The notes below the pieces were generated by a model. It saw nothing but the letters and a program-made list of their open reading frames with translations, was not told the DNA's origin and did not search any database. Positions 1 to 8,766 of a DNA stretch of 64,000 nt are shown piece by piece. The translations under genes were made by a program, and so were the position numbers. Numbering within the stretch: position 1 is the first letter of the stretch; every line of letters starts with the position of its first letter. The stretch comes from Eubacteriales bacterium (GTDB lineage Bacteria; Bacillota; Clostridia; Oscillospirales; CAG-272), in the NCBI GenBank assembly GCA_045532215.1, contig JAZSFM010000033.1:2128-66127 (forward strand). Reading direction: 5' to 3'.

Positions 1-353
1 GTAATATCGAACTCTGCTTCCTGCTTAACGTTGAGGTTAGGATCCATAAAAGAAACAGTAACTTTCTTTACACCTACCGTTGCGGTAATATCGGCGGTGT
101 CAGAAAAAGTCAATTCTGCATAAACATAAGTTTTGTTTAGGGTTTCGTCATTATACTTTGCGGTTGCTTTGATACCGGAAAAGTCGACTTTTTCCCCTAC
201 GTAGTACTCGGTTTTTACCGAAGTGGGGTCAACGATAAAGGACTCGAGTTTGAGTGAACCTGCACCTTGGAACAGATTGCAGGAAGCAAACGGAAGCATC
301 ATTGCCAAAGTCAGCAAAATAGCCAAAAGTCTGGTTGAATTCTTAATTGTCAT
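1..353 (-). CDS. Lipoprotein, N-terminal part only (gene continues beyond the window start)
   Basis: ATG at 353-351 with AAGGAGGA at 368-361. Hand translation MTIKNSTRLLAILLTLAMMLPFASC... gives a signal peptide plus lipobox Cys. The frame stays open to position 1. Confidence 0.7.
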   Translation of the reverse strand, partial: MTIKNSTRLLAILLTLAMMLPFASCNLFQGAGSLKLESFIVDPTSVKTEYYVGEKVDFSGIKATAKYNDETLNKTYVYAELTFSDTADITATVGVKKVTVSFMDPNLNVKQEAEFDI

Positions 354-601
354 TTGAAATTCCTCCTTAAAATGGTGTTTTGGGAGTCTGCCTCCCATAA
401 TGAAAATTGGGATTTTTCGATGGAAAATCAGTTTTTGATTACGTCACCTCTATTTCCTTCATTAGTATTTTGGTGTTTGTTCTAATATGTTAATACCCTT
501 TGTTTACTAATAAATTTTGTTGCATTTGTACATAAAGCCGTTGGCAAATTACGACAAACGTCTGTGTTGTTTCATCAAATATTCAAATAAAATCTTGCTT
601 T

Positions 602-1069
602 TTATCTGCTTTTAATCACTATTGTTGTTTTTATGTTGTAACCATCGGTCGATTCAATCGTCACCGTAAGACTTCTGTTGTTTCTCAAGAACACAAAGGT
701 TTGTGTTGCTTCATCAAAGTGAACATAATTTTTTTCTTCAAACACAAACTTTACTTGCGAACTGTCTGCCGTGTGCGGCAAAACCTCATAATCGATGCGA
801 ACAACGTTAGGATTACTTGCAAGACTTTCGGGATCTTTGGTGTACTTTCCGTTTATAAACTCAAATCGGTATTCGGGAAGCCCCTCTTCGTTGATTTTGT
901 CTACCCCATAGATTTTTGGGGTCTCATTCATAACGGTGATACCATTGCATTTGATTTCCTGAACATACTCTACGCCGTCAAACTCTTTGATTGCGAGACC
1001 GAAAAAGTTAACAACGGCAATGGACGCGATATAAACGACAAGGATGACGATAACTATTGTTTTTTTCAT
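602..1069 (-). CDS. Hypothetical N-terminally membrane-anchored protein (155 aa)
   Basis: ORF track. N-terminal hydrophobic helix IVIVILVVYIASIAVVNFF. Its ATG overlaps the stop of the upstream gene (TAATG at 1067-1071), indicating translational coupling. Confidence 0.6.
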   Translation of the reverse strand: MKKTIVIVILVVYIASIAVVNFFGLAIKEFDGVEYVQEIKCNGITVMNETPKIYGVDKINEEGLPEYRFEFINGKYTKDPESLASNPNVVRIDYEVLPHTADSSQVKFVFEEKNYVHFDEATQTFVFLRNNRSLTVTIESTDGYNIKTTIVIKSR

Positions 1070-2853
1070 TATTGTTTCTCCTTGTAAAATGCTTTAATTT
1101 TAGAAAGATAGGTAAACACCTTAAATGCGGCAATCACAACCGCTACAATAGCGAGCTTTAACCACACTCCCACATCATTTCTTGAAGAAAGGAAGAGTGA
1201 GATGGCAAACACTGCAGCCGACATGACGATAGCACTTACGCCGGAGCTCGTTTCGTTGGGGTTGTTGGTTTGCTCGTTAAAGGTTGCATATTGCTTATAC
1301 TGCGGATTCATGATATCGCTCTCGGCACTGGAGAACAGATGCGTAAGATAGATGCCATAAATCATAATGCCCATCATAATGGCATCGTTTTGAGGAATTT
1401 TCGCTTCAATTGCGAAAATATTGATAGTGAAAGCCAATCCTGCAAGTGCTATGATCATCGGGAATAGCAATTTGGAGAACAACAGCGTTGCATACGGTGT
1501 GGGCTGCACCTTGTTGAGGTAGGAGCTGGAACCATCGCGGCTATAAACCGATGCTATATCGATATTTGTCATCAACATGATGAGCAACATAATAACAATG
1601 TTGAAGCAAATGGTCATCTGTGTTCCAATAAAACGCGTATTCATTGCCGAATAAATCTTGTTCAGCAAATAAATTGCCATTGGCATAACAACCACCAATA
1701 CACCGCCCAATTTAATAAACGAATTGGAGCGAACACCGATGATAAACTCTTTTTTGATTGCCGATAGGAACGGTATCGTTTTGCGATTGGCACGTGCCAA
1801 AATTTCATCCTTCTTTTTGAACTCAAAAGGAGTGGATGCCATACGGTAAAAGAGCGGCTTAGAGCACAGGAAGCAAAGCAGAAGCAATGCACATCCAATT
1901 CCTACCAAGATCAAAAACGTTCCGATTGTACCGGCATGGAACAAAAGCCCTTCAAAGCCAACAACCTTACCAACAATCATTTCGGTAACTATGCGCAGAG
2001 GCACAAGAACAGAAACAATATTTGCCACAATAGGGCTTGCCTCTGATTGAGGAGCGTTCAATTTGTCCGGAACGTCAATAAAGCCGAGGAATTTTTGCAT
2101 TTCGGTTCTAATATGATACCAGCTTTCCTCAAAGTTAATATCCGCAGGGATGAGGCCAATCAGCCACCACGCAAAAAGAATGATGCCTGTTCCCAACGCG
2201 ATATACAAAATATACTGAAATACCTTGAAACGATTGAGGAAGATATAGCCAAACATCACGGGGATAGAAAGCAATGCGGCAAATAAAACAGGAATGCTTG
2301 ATATCAGTACAAAAGTCAAAATTAACCAGGGGTAATAAAGCAATCCTTGGGGATTATGCAAACCATACTCTCTTACAACCAAGCCGTATGCGATGAACAT
2401 GGGAATGGTAAACATAAAACTCTTTCTAAACTCGTAAATATAGTAGGTCACAAGTTTAGAGAAGAACACGAGAGAAGGCGTTGCAGGAAACGTAAGAAGA
2501 ACGGTGTTATCTTTTGAAAAATAGAGAGACCTCATCAGCCCTATCGTATCGGTTACGAGCGAGAGCAGTAGCATCACGCCAAACACTATCGAAATGGCCG
2601 AAGCGGGGATGTCTTGTGCAGTCGAAAACAACTTAAACATCTTCGCAAAGGAGAATATAACTGCGATAATGGCGGTGATAGCCGCAAACTCAATAAAGAG
2701 CCAAGTCAATTTGAATATCAGCTTTCTCTTGGAGCGCATATAGCTCATATCCATTTTTTCTTTGAGCTGCATCTTGACCAACGTAACGAGTGCTCGCCAT
2801 TTTTCAAGGAAGGATTCAACAAATCCGCCCTTTTTCAGCTTTGCTTTCGTCAT
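1069..2853 (-). CDS. Polytopic membrane protein, probable permease partner of the adjacent ABC ATPase (594 aa)
   Basis: ORF track with many hydrophobic segments. AAGGAG SD upstream. ATGA start/stop overlap with the upstream gene at 2850-2853. Confidence 0.65.
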   Translation of the reverse strand: MTKAKLKKGGFVESFLEKWRALVTLVKMQLKEKMDMSYMRSKRKLIFKLTWLFIEFAAITAIIAVIFSFAKMFKLFSTAQDIPASAISIVFGVMLLLSLVTDTIGLMRSLYFSKDNTVLLTFPATPSLVFFSKLVTYYIYEFRKSFMFTIPMFIAYGLVVREYGLHNPQGLLYYPWLILTFVLISSIPVLFAALLSIPVMFGYIFLNRFKVFQYILYIALGTGIILFAWWLIGLIPADINFEESWYHIRTEMQKFLGFIDVPDKLNAPQSEASPIVANIVSVLVPLRIVTEMIVGKVVGFEGLLFHAGTIGTFLILVGIGCALLLLCFLCSKPLFYRMASTPFEFKKKDEILARANRKTIPFLSAIKKEFIIGVRSNSFIKLGGVLVVVMPMAIYLLNKIYSAMNTRFIGTQMTICFNIVIMLLIMLMTNIDIASVYSRDGSSSYLNKVQPTPYATLLFSKLLFPMIIALAGLAFTINIFAIEAKIPQNDAIMMGIMIYGIYLTHLFSSAESDIMNPQYKQYATFNEQTNNPNETSSGVSAIVMSAAVFAISLFLSSRNDVGVWLKLAIVAVVIAAFKVFTYLSKIKAFYKEKQ

Positions 2854-5111
2854 ACGGGTTCTCCTTTCGGCAAGGCGTGCCCTGCTGCCTCCTTTACGGA
2901 AACGGGAGATTGGGTGTTGCCATCGATCATGCCCATATAGAACGCCTCAAGCGGAACACCGCTTTCCTTGATTTCGGCAACAGTCTTGGTGCAAAGGATT
3001 TGTCCCTTGCGGATAATTGCAATGCGATCGCAAATGTTTTCTACAACGTCGATGATATGGCTGGAGAAGAATACGATATTGCCGCGAGATGCGTGCTCTT
3101 TCATGCATTCCTTAACTTGGAAGATAGATTCGGGGTCAAGACCTGTCAAGGGCTCGTCCAAAATCCAAATCTTGGGATTGTGAACCAATGCCGACATAAT
3201 CGTGATTTTTTGTTTCATGCCGTGCGAGTAGGTCTTCATCGGGTTATCGATAGCCGTTTCCAAACGGAATCTCTTTACGTATTCGGCAATGCGCTCGTCG
3301 CGATCTTTGCGAGATACGTTATAAAGGTCGGCAATGTAGTTGATATATTCTCTACCTGTCAAGTTTTCGTAGAGTGCGTAGTGGTCCGGCACAAAGCCAA
3401 TCTGCATCTTTGCCTCAACCGACTGTTTTTCTGCATCGTAACCCGAAATTTCAATTTGTCCCGAGGTGATGGTCTGAATACCAACAATCGACTTGATAAT
3501 GGTAGATTTACCTGCACCGTTGGGACCGAGGAAGCCAAAGATCTGGCCACCGTCAATTTCAAGGTTTGCCTTGTAAACCGCATAAACGTCGCTGGTGGAA
3601 TATCGTTTTGAAAAATCACGAAGGATCAACTTGCCTTCGTTTTGGGGATTCATAGGTTCCTGCATACTGCGTCCTGCAAGTTGTGCTTCAAGTGCAAGTC
3701 TATCTGCCTTGATCTTGCGGTTCCTTTCTGTAATAATTGCGTAGGTATCGGTAATTTCAAACGCCTGCTCATAGAGAAACCACATAGCAAACGAAAGCAC
3801 TATGTAGACTACAAAGTAGAGCGATTGATATACGGGATATATCAAAAGATTCAGATCTGCGAGTTTGAACTCAAATGTAATTTTGCGCAAATTCTCCGCC
3901 CAAGAGCCGAGCTTTTCGGCAATAAAATCGGAGTTGATGAAGAAGAAGTCAACCGAAAATCCTTTTGCAGTGAGCCAAGCGTTCATAAAAAGAACGAGCA
4001 AGTAGTATCCAAAGAATGCTACCAACGAGTAGATGAACTGCTTCATCTTGGGACGGTTGAAAATTCTCAAGCTCATCAAAAGCACGGGCAACATCATTGC
4101 CATATAGTGGTTACACCAAAATTGCAAAGACCCTGACGAAAGCCATCCGATGTCATCACCGATATTCGGCATGATCATTGCAAAGAATGCGCCAAGCACG
4201 TTGATGAAGATGGTAAAGTAGTAGAGCTTTTCCATTTTGAAAATCAACACCAAGGGAATGATGAACATTGCCGTGTTACAAAGGTGCAACGGCCATTGTT
4301 CCAAGCTGATAAAAACAGAAAAATCGTAATTGTAGCAGAAGGAAATCATTGTTGCCATACTGATGTAGAGGAGTGCGAATCTTCTTTGCTCGTACTCGCA
4401 TTTGGCAAACAAAAAATGCACCGCCAATGCAAATATAACCGATCCATAAAGCACAAGTCTGTGAGCCAATGTGAAATCGTTTATGATAATTGCGTCATTT
4501 CCCTTGCCGAAAATGGCTTGCGGTACCCAATGAGGCAATGCCATAAGCATCATACCCGCAAAAATCGCCAACGTTTTTAACAACTTTACAAACTTGAAAG
4601 CAGGGCGTCTCTGCCTTGTAATTTGATACAGAGCCAAAGCCAGTCCCACACCAAGCTCAATGGCAAAGATGAGGAGTCGGTAATGGAAGCCGTCTGCCAA
4701 GTCTCCGTCCTGCGCGCGGTTGAGGATAGGCAGTGCTGCAATAGAACCCGCGTAAACCGCAAATGCTGCATAGCGTGCGATAGGTGCTACAAGTGGGATA
4801 TGTTTTTCAAAAAACGGGTAAAGGATTGCCGCAAGCTGCACGGTGTAAATCAGCCAAAACAATGCAGCCGACAAAACGACCATTCCCCCACCCTGCGGGC
4901 CGAACGGAGAATAAACGTTGAGACCGATGGTGGATTGAATGAGCGGCTTTCCGCCAAAGAAACGGACAAAAAAGAGCGCCGAATAGATCAGCGCTACCAA
5001 CCGTGCGTTGCTCAAGCGCTCTCCAAAGATGTTCTTATTTCGCAAAAAGAATAAGAAAGCAAAAATTAACAAGCAGGATGCCAACGCGGCACCGTAGTAG
5101 AGATAGGTCAA
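2850..5111 (-). CDS. Fusion protein: about 480-aa polytopic membrane domain (YwaF/TMEM164-like, WPLHLCN motif) plus C-terminal ABC-2-type ATPase
   Basis: Walker A GPNGAGKST, signature-like YSHGMKQK, Walker B ILDEPLTGLD, H-loop SSHI. TTG start at 5111-5109 with GGAGGA 7 nt upstream. Confidence 0.8.
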   Translation of the reverse strand: MTYLYYGAALASCLLIFAFLFFLRNKNIFGERLSNARLVALIYSALFFVRFFGGKPLIQSTIGLNVYSPFGPQGGGMVVLSAALFWLIYTVQLAAILYPFFEKHIPLVAPIARYAAFAVYAGSIAALPILNRAQDGDLADGFHYRLLIFAIELGVGLALALYQITRQRRPAFKFVKLLKTLAIFAGMMLMALPHWVPQAIFGKGNDAIIINDFTLAHRLVLYGSVIFALAVHFLFAKCEYEQRRFALLYISMATMISFCYNYDFSVFISLEQWPLHLCNTAMFIIPLVLIFKMEKLYYFTIFINVLGAFFAMIMPNIGDDIGWLSSGSLQFWCNHYMAMMLPVLLMSLRIFNRPKMKQFIYSLVAFFGYYLLVLFMNAWLTAKGFSVDFFFINSDFIAEKLGSWAENLRKITFEFKLADLNLLIYPVYQSLYFVVYIVLSFAMWFLYEQAFEITDTYAIITERNRKIKADRLALEAQLAGRSMQEPMNPQNEGKLILRDFSKRYSTSDVYAVYKANLEIDGGQIFGFLGPNGAGKSTIIKSIVGIQTITSGQIEISGYDAEKQSVEAKMQIGFVPDHYALYENLTGREYINYIADLYNVSRKDRDERIAEYVKRFRLETAIDNPMKTYSHGMKQKITIMSALVHNPKIWILDEPLTGLDPESIFQVKECMKEHASRGNIVFFSSHIIDVVENICDRIAIIRKGQILCTKTVAEIKESGVPLEAFYMGMIDGNTQSPVSVKEAAGHALPKGEPV

Positions 5112-5192
5112 TGTATTTTCCTCCCGGGAAATTTTTTCAAAAAATCAGCCCCTATTTCGCTAAAAAAGGACTGATTTGCAATGTTTCGACTT

Positions 5193-5269
5193 TGGTCGGA
5201 GTGACAGGATTCGAACCTGCGGCCTCTTGGTCCCGAACCAAGCGCACTACCAAACTGTGCCACACCCCG
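5193..5269 (-). tRNA. tRNA-Pro (anticodon CGG), CCA encoded
   Basis: Reverse complement is CGGGGTGTGGCACAGTTTGGTAGTGCGCTTGGTTCGGGACCAAGAGGCCGCAGGTTCGAATCCTGTCACTCCGACCA. It folds by hand into a cloverleaf: 7-bp acceptor stem, anticodon loop TTCGGGA, T-loop GGTTCGAATCC. Confidence 0.9.
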
Positions 5270-5307
5270 AGAATGTTCCCTCTACCTTTTTTGTTGCCCT
5301 GTGCGAT

Positions 5308-5383
5308 TGGTGAGGGGACCGAACCGCCGAGTGCCGCTTTTGCGGCGCGAGGCTTCGCACATACCAAACTGTGCCACACCCCG
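5308..5383 (-). ncRNA. 76-nt tRNA-sized, tRNA-Pro-derived element (proximal copy) with a non-canonical fold
   Basis: The first 22 nt are identical to the tRNA-Pro 5' end and it ends in ACCA. The centre is a GC hairpin, GCCGC-AAAA-GCGGC. I found no anticodon arm or full acceptor pairing by hand. Confidence 0.4.
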
Positions 5384-5422
5384 AGAATGTTCCCTCTACC
5401 TTTTTTTGTTGCCCTGTGCGAT

Positions 5423-5498
5423 TGGTGAGGGGACCGAACCGCCGAGTGCCGCTTTTGCGGCGCGAGGCTTCGCACATACCAAACTGTGCCACACCCCG
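5423..5498 (-). ncRNA. 76-nt tRNA-sized, tRNA-Pro-derived element (distal copy), identical to 5308-5383
   Basis: Base-for-base identical to the proximal copy, and followed by the same 38-nt spacer. Confidence 0.4.
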
Positions 5499-5609
5499 AT
5501 TGTAGTTGTTACCGTTATTTTGTCACCTTGTGAAAGCGGTCACAAGAACGATTCTTTTGTGACGGAAATTTGTTGGTTTTGTGAAGACCTTTCAAATCAT
5601 TACTATGAC

Positions 5610-5638
5610 ATTATACCACAGCACTGTCATTTTGTCAA
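5610..5638 (-). promoter_or_regulatory. Sigma-A-type promoter driving the tRNA-like/tRNA-Pro array
   Basis: On the minus strand: TTGACA (5638-5633), 17 nt, TATAAT (5615-5610). Confidence 0.7.
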
Positions 5639-5702
5639 CCTTTTTTGCAAAATATTTTATATATTTATGGTAACAAATCTCTCCGCTCTACGAAAAATGA
5701 TG

Positions 5703-5743
5703 CAAAAACGGGAATTGAACCCGTTCACAGTTCAATTCCCGTT
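5703..5743 (-). terminator. Rho-independent terminator of the phosphatase operon
   Basis: 14-bp perfect stem AACGGGAATTGAAC / GTTCAATTCCCGTT (5707-5720 / 5730-5743), followed by a T-run on the minus strand. Confidence 0.8.
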
Positions 5744-5763
5744 CAAAAAATTACATTTTTTGA

Positions 5764-8730
5764 TTATCTTTCAACGATAAAGGTTCCATAAGCAATGGTT
5801 TCGTTGTTTCCAAAATCGTATCCCTCGAATACGATGTAATCCTCGTAAACGTGCACGATATGTCCGATGTCGGAATACGCCAACGAAGGAACATGAACAA
5901 GCGTCGCATATTCTCCACCATACGTGTTGATCATACGGTCAGCGCGTGTTTCATCAAATATCCTTTCGAAGGTTTCATGTGAATGTCCGTTGAGGAAAAT
6001 AATGTTTGTGTATTGCTTGAAATAAGCATCAAAACGCTTATAATCCTCTGTTTTTTCCATCATCAATAGGGTTGTGTTGTTAAAGTGCCCTACCTTATTC
6101 TCCATTTCAGTGTGGAAGAAGAGGAACACGGTGCGATCCTTATATTGCTCCAAACGATCTCCCAACCAATCGAGCTGATAATCATCCATCAAACGCGAGG
6201 TTGTTTTACCGTAATCGTAATAGACCTGATGCAAGAAGATGATCACACTGCCGTCGGGCAGTTCCACAACGTAGTCGAGGTCATTATCTTCGGTGTAAAT
6301 CGCTTGAAAATCGGTTTGATACTCAACAATATTTCTTGCGTACGTATCATACCATTCTCGTGAAAATCCCGTATATTTCGCCTCATGGTTGCCACTAACC
6401 GTATAGATAGGCATGTTGGGATTCATGGCATAAATTTCTTTGATTGCCTCACCGTGCAAGTAATATTCACGCTCGGTATTGTTGGTCGCGATATCACCGT
6501 TGATGCCTATCAGAATAGCGCCCTTTTGCGAAAGAATTTCGCCGGCGTTAATCAATCTGTCAAAGGACTTCGTCTCGGGGCCGTAACGCGTACCCTGATG
6601 TGTATCGGCAAGCGCACCAAAGTTGTAAAGTTCCTCTTGCGTGAACAATTGTTCAGCAGGAATATCAAACGAATAGGTATAAGAGCCGCTTTCGCTTACC
6701 GCAATAAGACAGCTTGCTCCTTTGGGAATTGCCGTGTAAGAGTGAATGGAAACCTCGGCAAATACGCCTTTTTTCAAGGGCACGGAATGGAGATAGGAAT
6801 AGTTTGGCAAAATGCCGTCGGCATTGCCCCAATAGAGGTAATAGGTTTCACTGCTTTCGGCAATCAAAGAAACGCTGCCGCCGGCAAAGCCGGGGGTGTC
6901 ATAGGTGAAAACGTAATCGATGATGCCAACTCCGGGGTTATCCTGTCCGCAATAGATGCACACGTCATTTTCATAGGTATGCACCTGCGTTGCGGGAACA
7001 GTTTCGATATAACGCTCACCGCAATCGCAAACGTAACTGATTTTGCCATCGGTAATGCAGGTTTCCTCTTGAATAACAGCTTCGAAGGAAAGGGTATGAA
7101 AATGGAGCTCACCAACCTTGACAAAGTAAAAATCACGGTAGTGCTGACACTTATCACTTGCCGATGCGGTAGTTATGTCAATGATATTCTCGCCCGCAAG
7201 CAATTTGACACGGATGCCGTACATATACGTGCCTTCCGTAGTGTCTCTTACGGTCTTATAATCGGTGCCCGCAAACGCGTGCGAGGTTTCGATAACTTGC
7301 TCATACAGGGTGCCCGCGTTGACGGTGTATTTTGCACCGCGGTTGTCTCCGTCTTTTAGACGAAGATACAAAACCATTTCATAAACACCCGTTTCGGGAG
7401 CAGTAACGCGGTAGACGAGATGCTGCGAGCCGTTGCTTGCAACATACCAATGCTGAATGTCGGCAGTTGTTGTTACGTTCACTGCGGTGGAAAGCGTTGT
7501 GTCATAGTCTCCTGCCCACACGTGCACAGAATCCTTTGCTTGGAAAATGTCAAGAAGCTCGGTGGAGAAGAAATAAATATCATCGCTTCCGTTACCGTCG
7601 TTATCGTACGTTGAGGAAACAGAGGTCATTTGCAGCTCTTTTTGACCACACGTACTACAAATTCCGCCCGAGTAGGTGTGCTCACGGGTTGCGGGAATAA
7701 CAGAAGTCTTGGTCTTGCCGCACGCACAATGGATGTTTTTGTATCCAACCTCACCACAGGTAGGCGTCTTGAGGACATCCCCCTCCTCATAGCGGTGGGA
7801 GTGGAATGCATCCACCTTTACAAAATAAAAATCTCTGTAGTGTTGGTTTTTGGGAGATGCGGAAGATTGCTCAATTTTGATCAAATTCTCTCCCTCTACA
7901 AGGTTGAGACGAATACCGTACATATAGGTACCAAGGGTACTTTCATCGCGGACGGTCAGATATCCGTCTTTTTCCGCAAAGGAATGCGAAGTTTGGAACA
8001 CTTGCTCATAATCGGTGCCCGCATTGACGGTGTATTTTGTGCCGCGCTCCTTGCTGTCCTTCATACGCAGATGGATCGCCATCTCATAAACGCCTGCCTC
8101 GGGAACGTTCACGCGGTAAACAATATACTGACCCGGGTCTTCTACATACCAATGCTTAATGTTTACAAACGTAGCACTTCCGACACTGTCGGAGGAAAGC
8201 GCGTCGTCGTAATCACCTGCCCAAACGTGCGTGCCGTTTTGGAAAGTGGTGAAGAGCTGTGTGGAAAAGTGATAAACATCGTTTTTACCGTCTCCGTCGG
8301 CATCATACGCCGATGGAACAGGCGTAAGCCCGAGAGAAGGATCGACTCCCCTACACCATACGCAGGATGTACCAGCGTATTGGTGAACCCCCGTTGCGGG
8401 AATCTTCGTTACTTCAGTCTTCCCGCAGGTACAGTCAGCTGTTTTTTCACCCTCTTCTTGACATGTGGGCGATTTTGTAACTGTTGGGTTCTCAAAAATG
8501 TGCTCGTGCGGTGGTTGCTCGGGAGTGGTTACATCCGGAGTAGTAACGTCGGGAGTGGTTACATCGGGAGTAGTCACTTCAGGTGTCGTCTCTTTCGGAG
8601 TAGTCACCGTTGGGGTAGTTGCTACAGGTGTTGTTTCCTGGGGTGTTGTTTGATTGGCAGAAAAATCACCGAACGTACAGCTACAGAGCAAAAGTGCCAA
8701 AACAAAAGCTAAAATATATATACGTTTCAT
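5764..8730 (-). CDS. Secreted lipoprotein (988 aa): Thr/Pro linker, three Cys-rich modules, two beta-sandwich (CBM-like) domains, C-terminal calcineurin-like metallophosphoesterase
   Basis: Signal peptide and lipobox MKRIYILAFVLALLLCSC. Metallophosphoesterase motifs ADTH, NGD, GNHE, FFH, GHSH. Confidence 0.8.
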   Translation of the reverse strand: MKRIYILAFVLALLLCSCTFGDFSANQTTPQETTPVATTPTVTTPKETTPEVTTPDVTTPDVTTPDVTTPEQPPHEHIFENPTVTKSPTCQEEGEKTADCTCGKTEVTKIPATGVHQYAGTSCVWCRGVDPSLGLTPVPSAYDADGDGKNDVYHFSTQLFTTFQNGTHVWAGDYDDALSSDSVGSATFVNIKHWYVEDPGQYIVYRVNVPEAGVYEMAIHLRMKDSKERGTKYTVNAGTDYEQVFQTSHSFAEKDGYLTVRDESTLGTYMYGIRLNLVEGENLIKIEQSSASPKNQHYRDFYFVKVDAFHSHRYEEGDVLKTPTCGEVGYKNIHCACGKTKTSVIPATREHTYSGGICSTCGQKELQMTSVSSTYDNDGNGSDDIYFFSTELLDIFQAKDSVHVWAGDYDTTLSTAVNVTTTADIQHWYVASNGSQHLVYRVTAPETGVYEMVLYLRLKDGDNRGAKYTVNAGTLYEQVIETSHAFAGTDYKTVRDTTEGTYMYGIRVKLLAGENIIDITTASASDKCQHYRDFYFVKVGELHFHTLSFEAVIQEETCITDGKISYVCDCGERYIETVPATQVHTYENDVCIYCGQDNPGVGIIDYVFTYDTPGFAGGSVSLIAESSETYYLYWGNADGILPNYSYLHSVPLKKGVFAEVSIHSYTAIPKGASCLIAVSESGSYTYSFDIPAEQLFTQEELYNFGALADTHQGTRYGPETKSFDRLINAGEILSQKGAILIGINGDIATNNTEREYYLHGEAIKEIYAMNPNMPIYTVSGNHEAKYTGFSREWYDTYARNIVEYQTDFQAIYTEDNDLDYVVELPDGSVIIFLHQVYYDYGKTTSRLMDDYQLDWLGDRLEQYKDRTVFLFFHTEMENKVGHFNNTTLLMMEKTEDYKRFDAYFKQYTNIIFLNGHSHETFERIFDETRADRMINTYGGEYATLVHVPSLAYSDIGHIVHVYEDYIVFEGYDFGNNETIAYGTFIVER
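8512..8646. repeat. Coding 15-bp tandem repeats (TTPxV Thr/Pro linker)
   Basis: Repeated GGAGTGGTTACATC(C/G)GGAGTAGT units encode VTTPD/VTTPE. Confidence 0.8.
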
Positions 8731-8766
8731 TTTTCGCCTCCTTAAACTTGAAATGTTATCTCATTT

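Larger units (their letters stand above)
5248..5499. repeat. Tandem repeat with a 114/115-bp period, about 2.2 copies, spanning the tRNA-like units and the 5' end of tRNA-Pro
   Basis: TACCAAACTGTGCCACACCCCGA recurs at 5248, 5362 and 5477. The copies differ only by one T in a poly-T run. Confidence 0.9.

Noticed and set aside
5248-5499. Possibility that the 114-bp repeats, or the 15-bp and 45-bp repeats elsewhere, form a CRISPR array
   Set aside because: There is no alternation of conserved repeats with unique spacers of similar size. The short repeats are in-frame coding linkers, and the 114-bp units are fully identical, including the parts that would be spacers. No cas genes are present in the window.
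5003-5780. ORFs of 81-159 aa crossing the tRNA-Pro/tRNA-like array on both strands
   Set aside because: Their repeated peptides (KLCHTPRMFPLPF...) simply reflect the 114-bp tandem DNA repeat and the tRNA sequence. There are no SD sites, and the region sits under a stable-RNA promoter.
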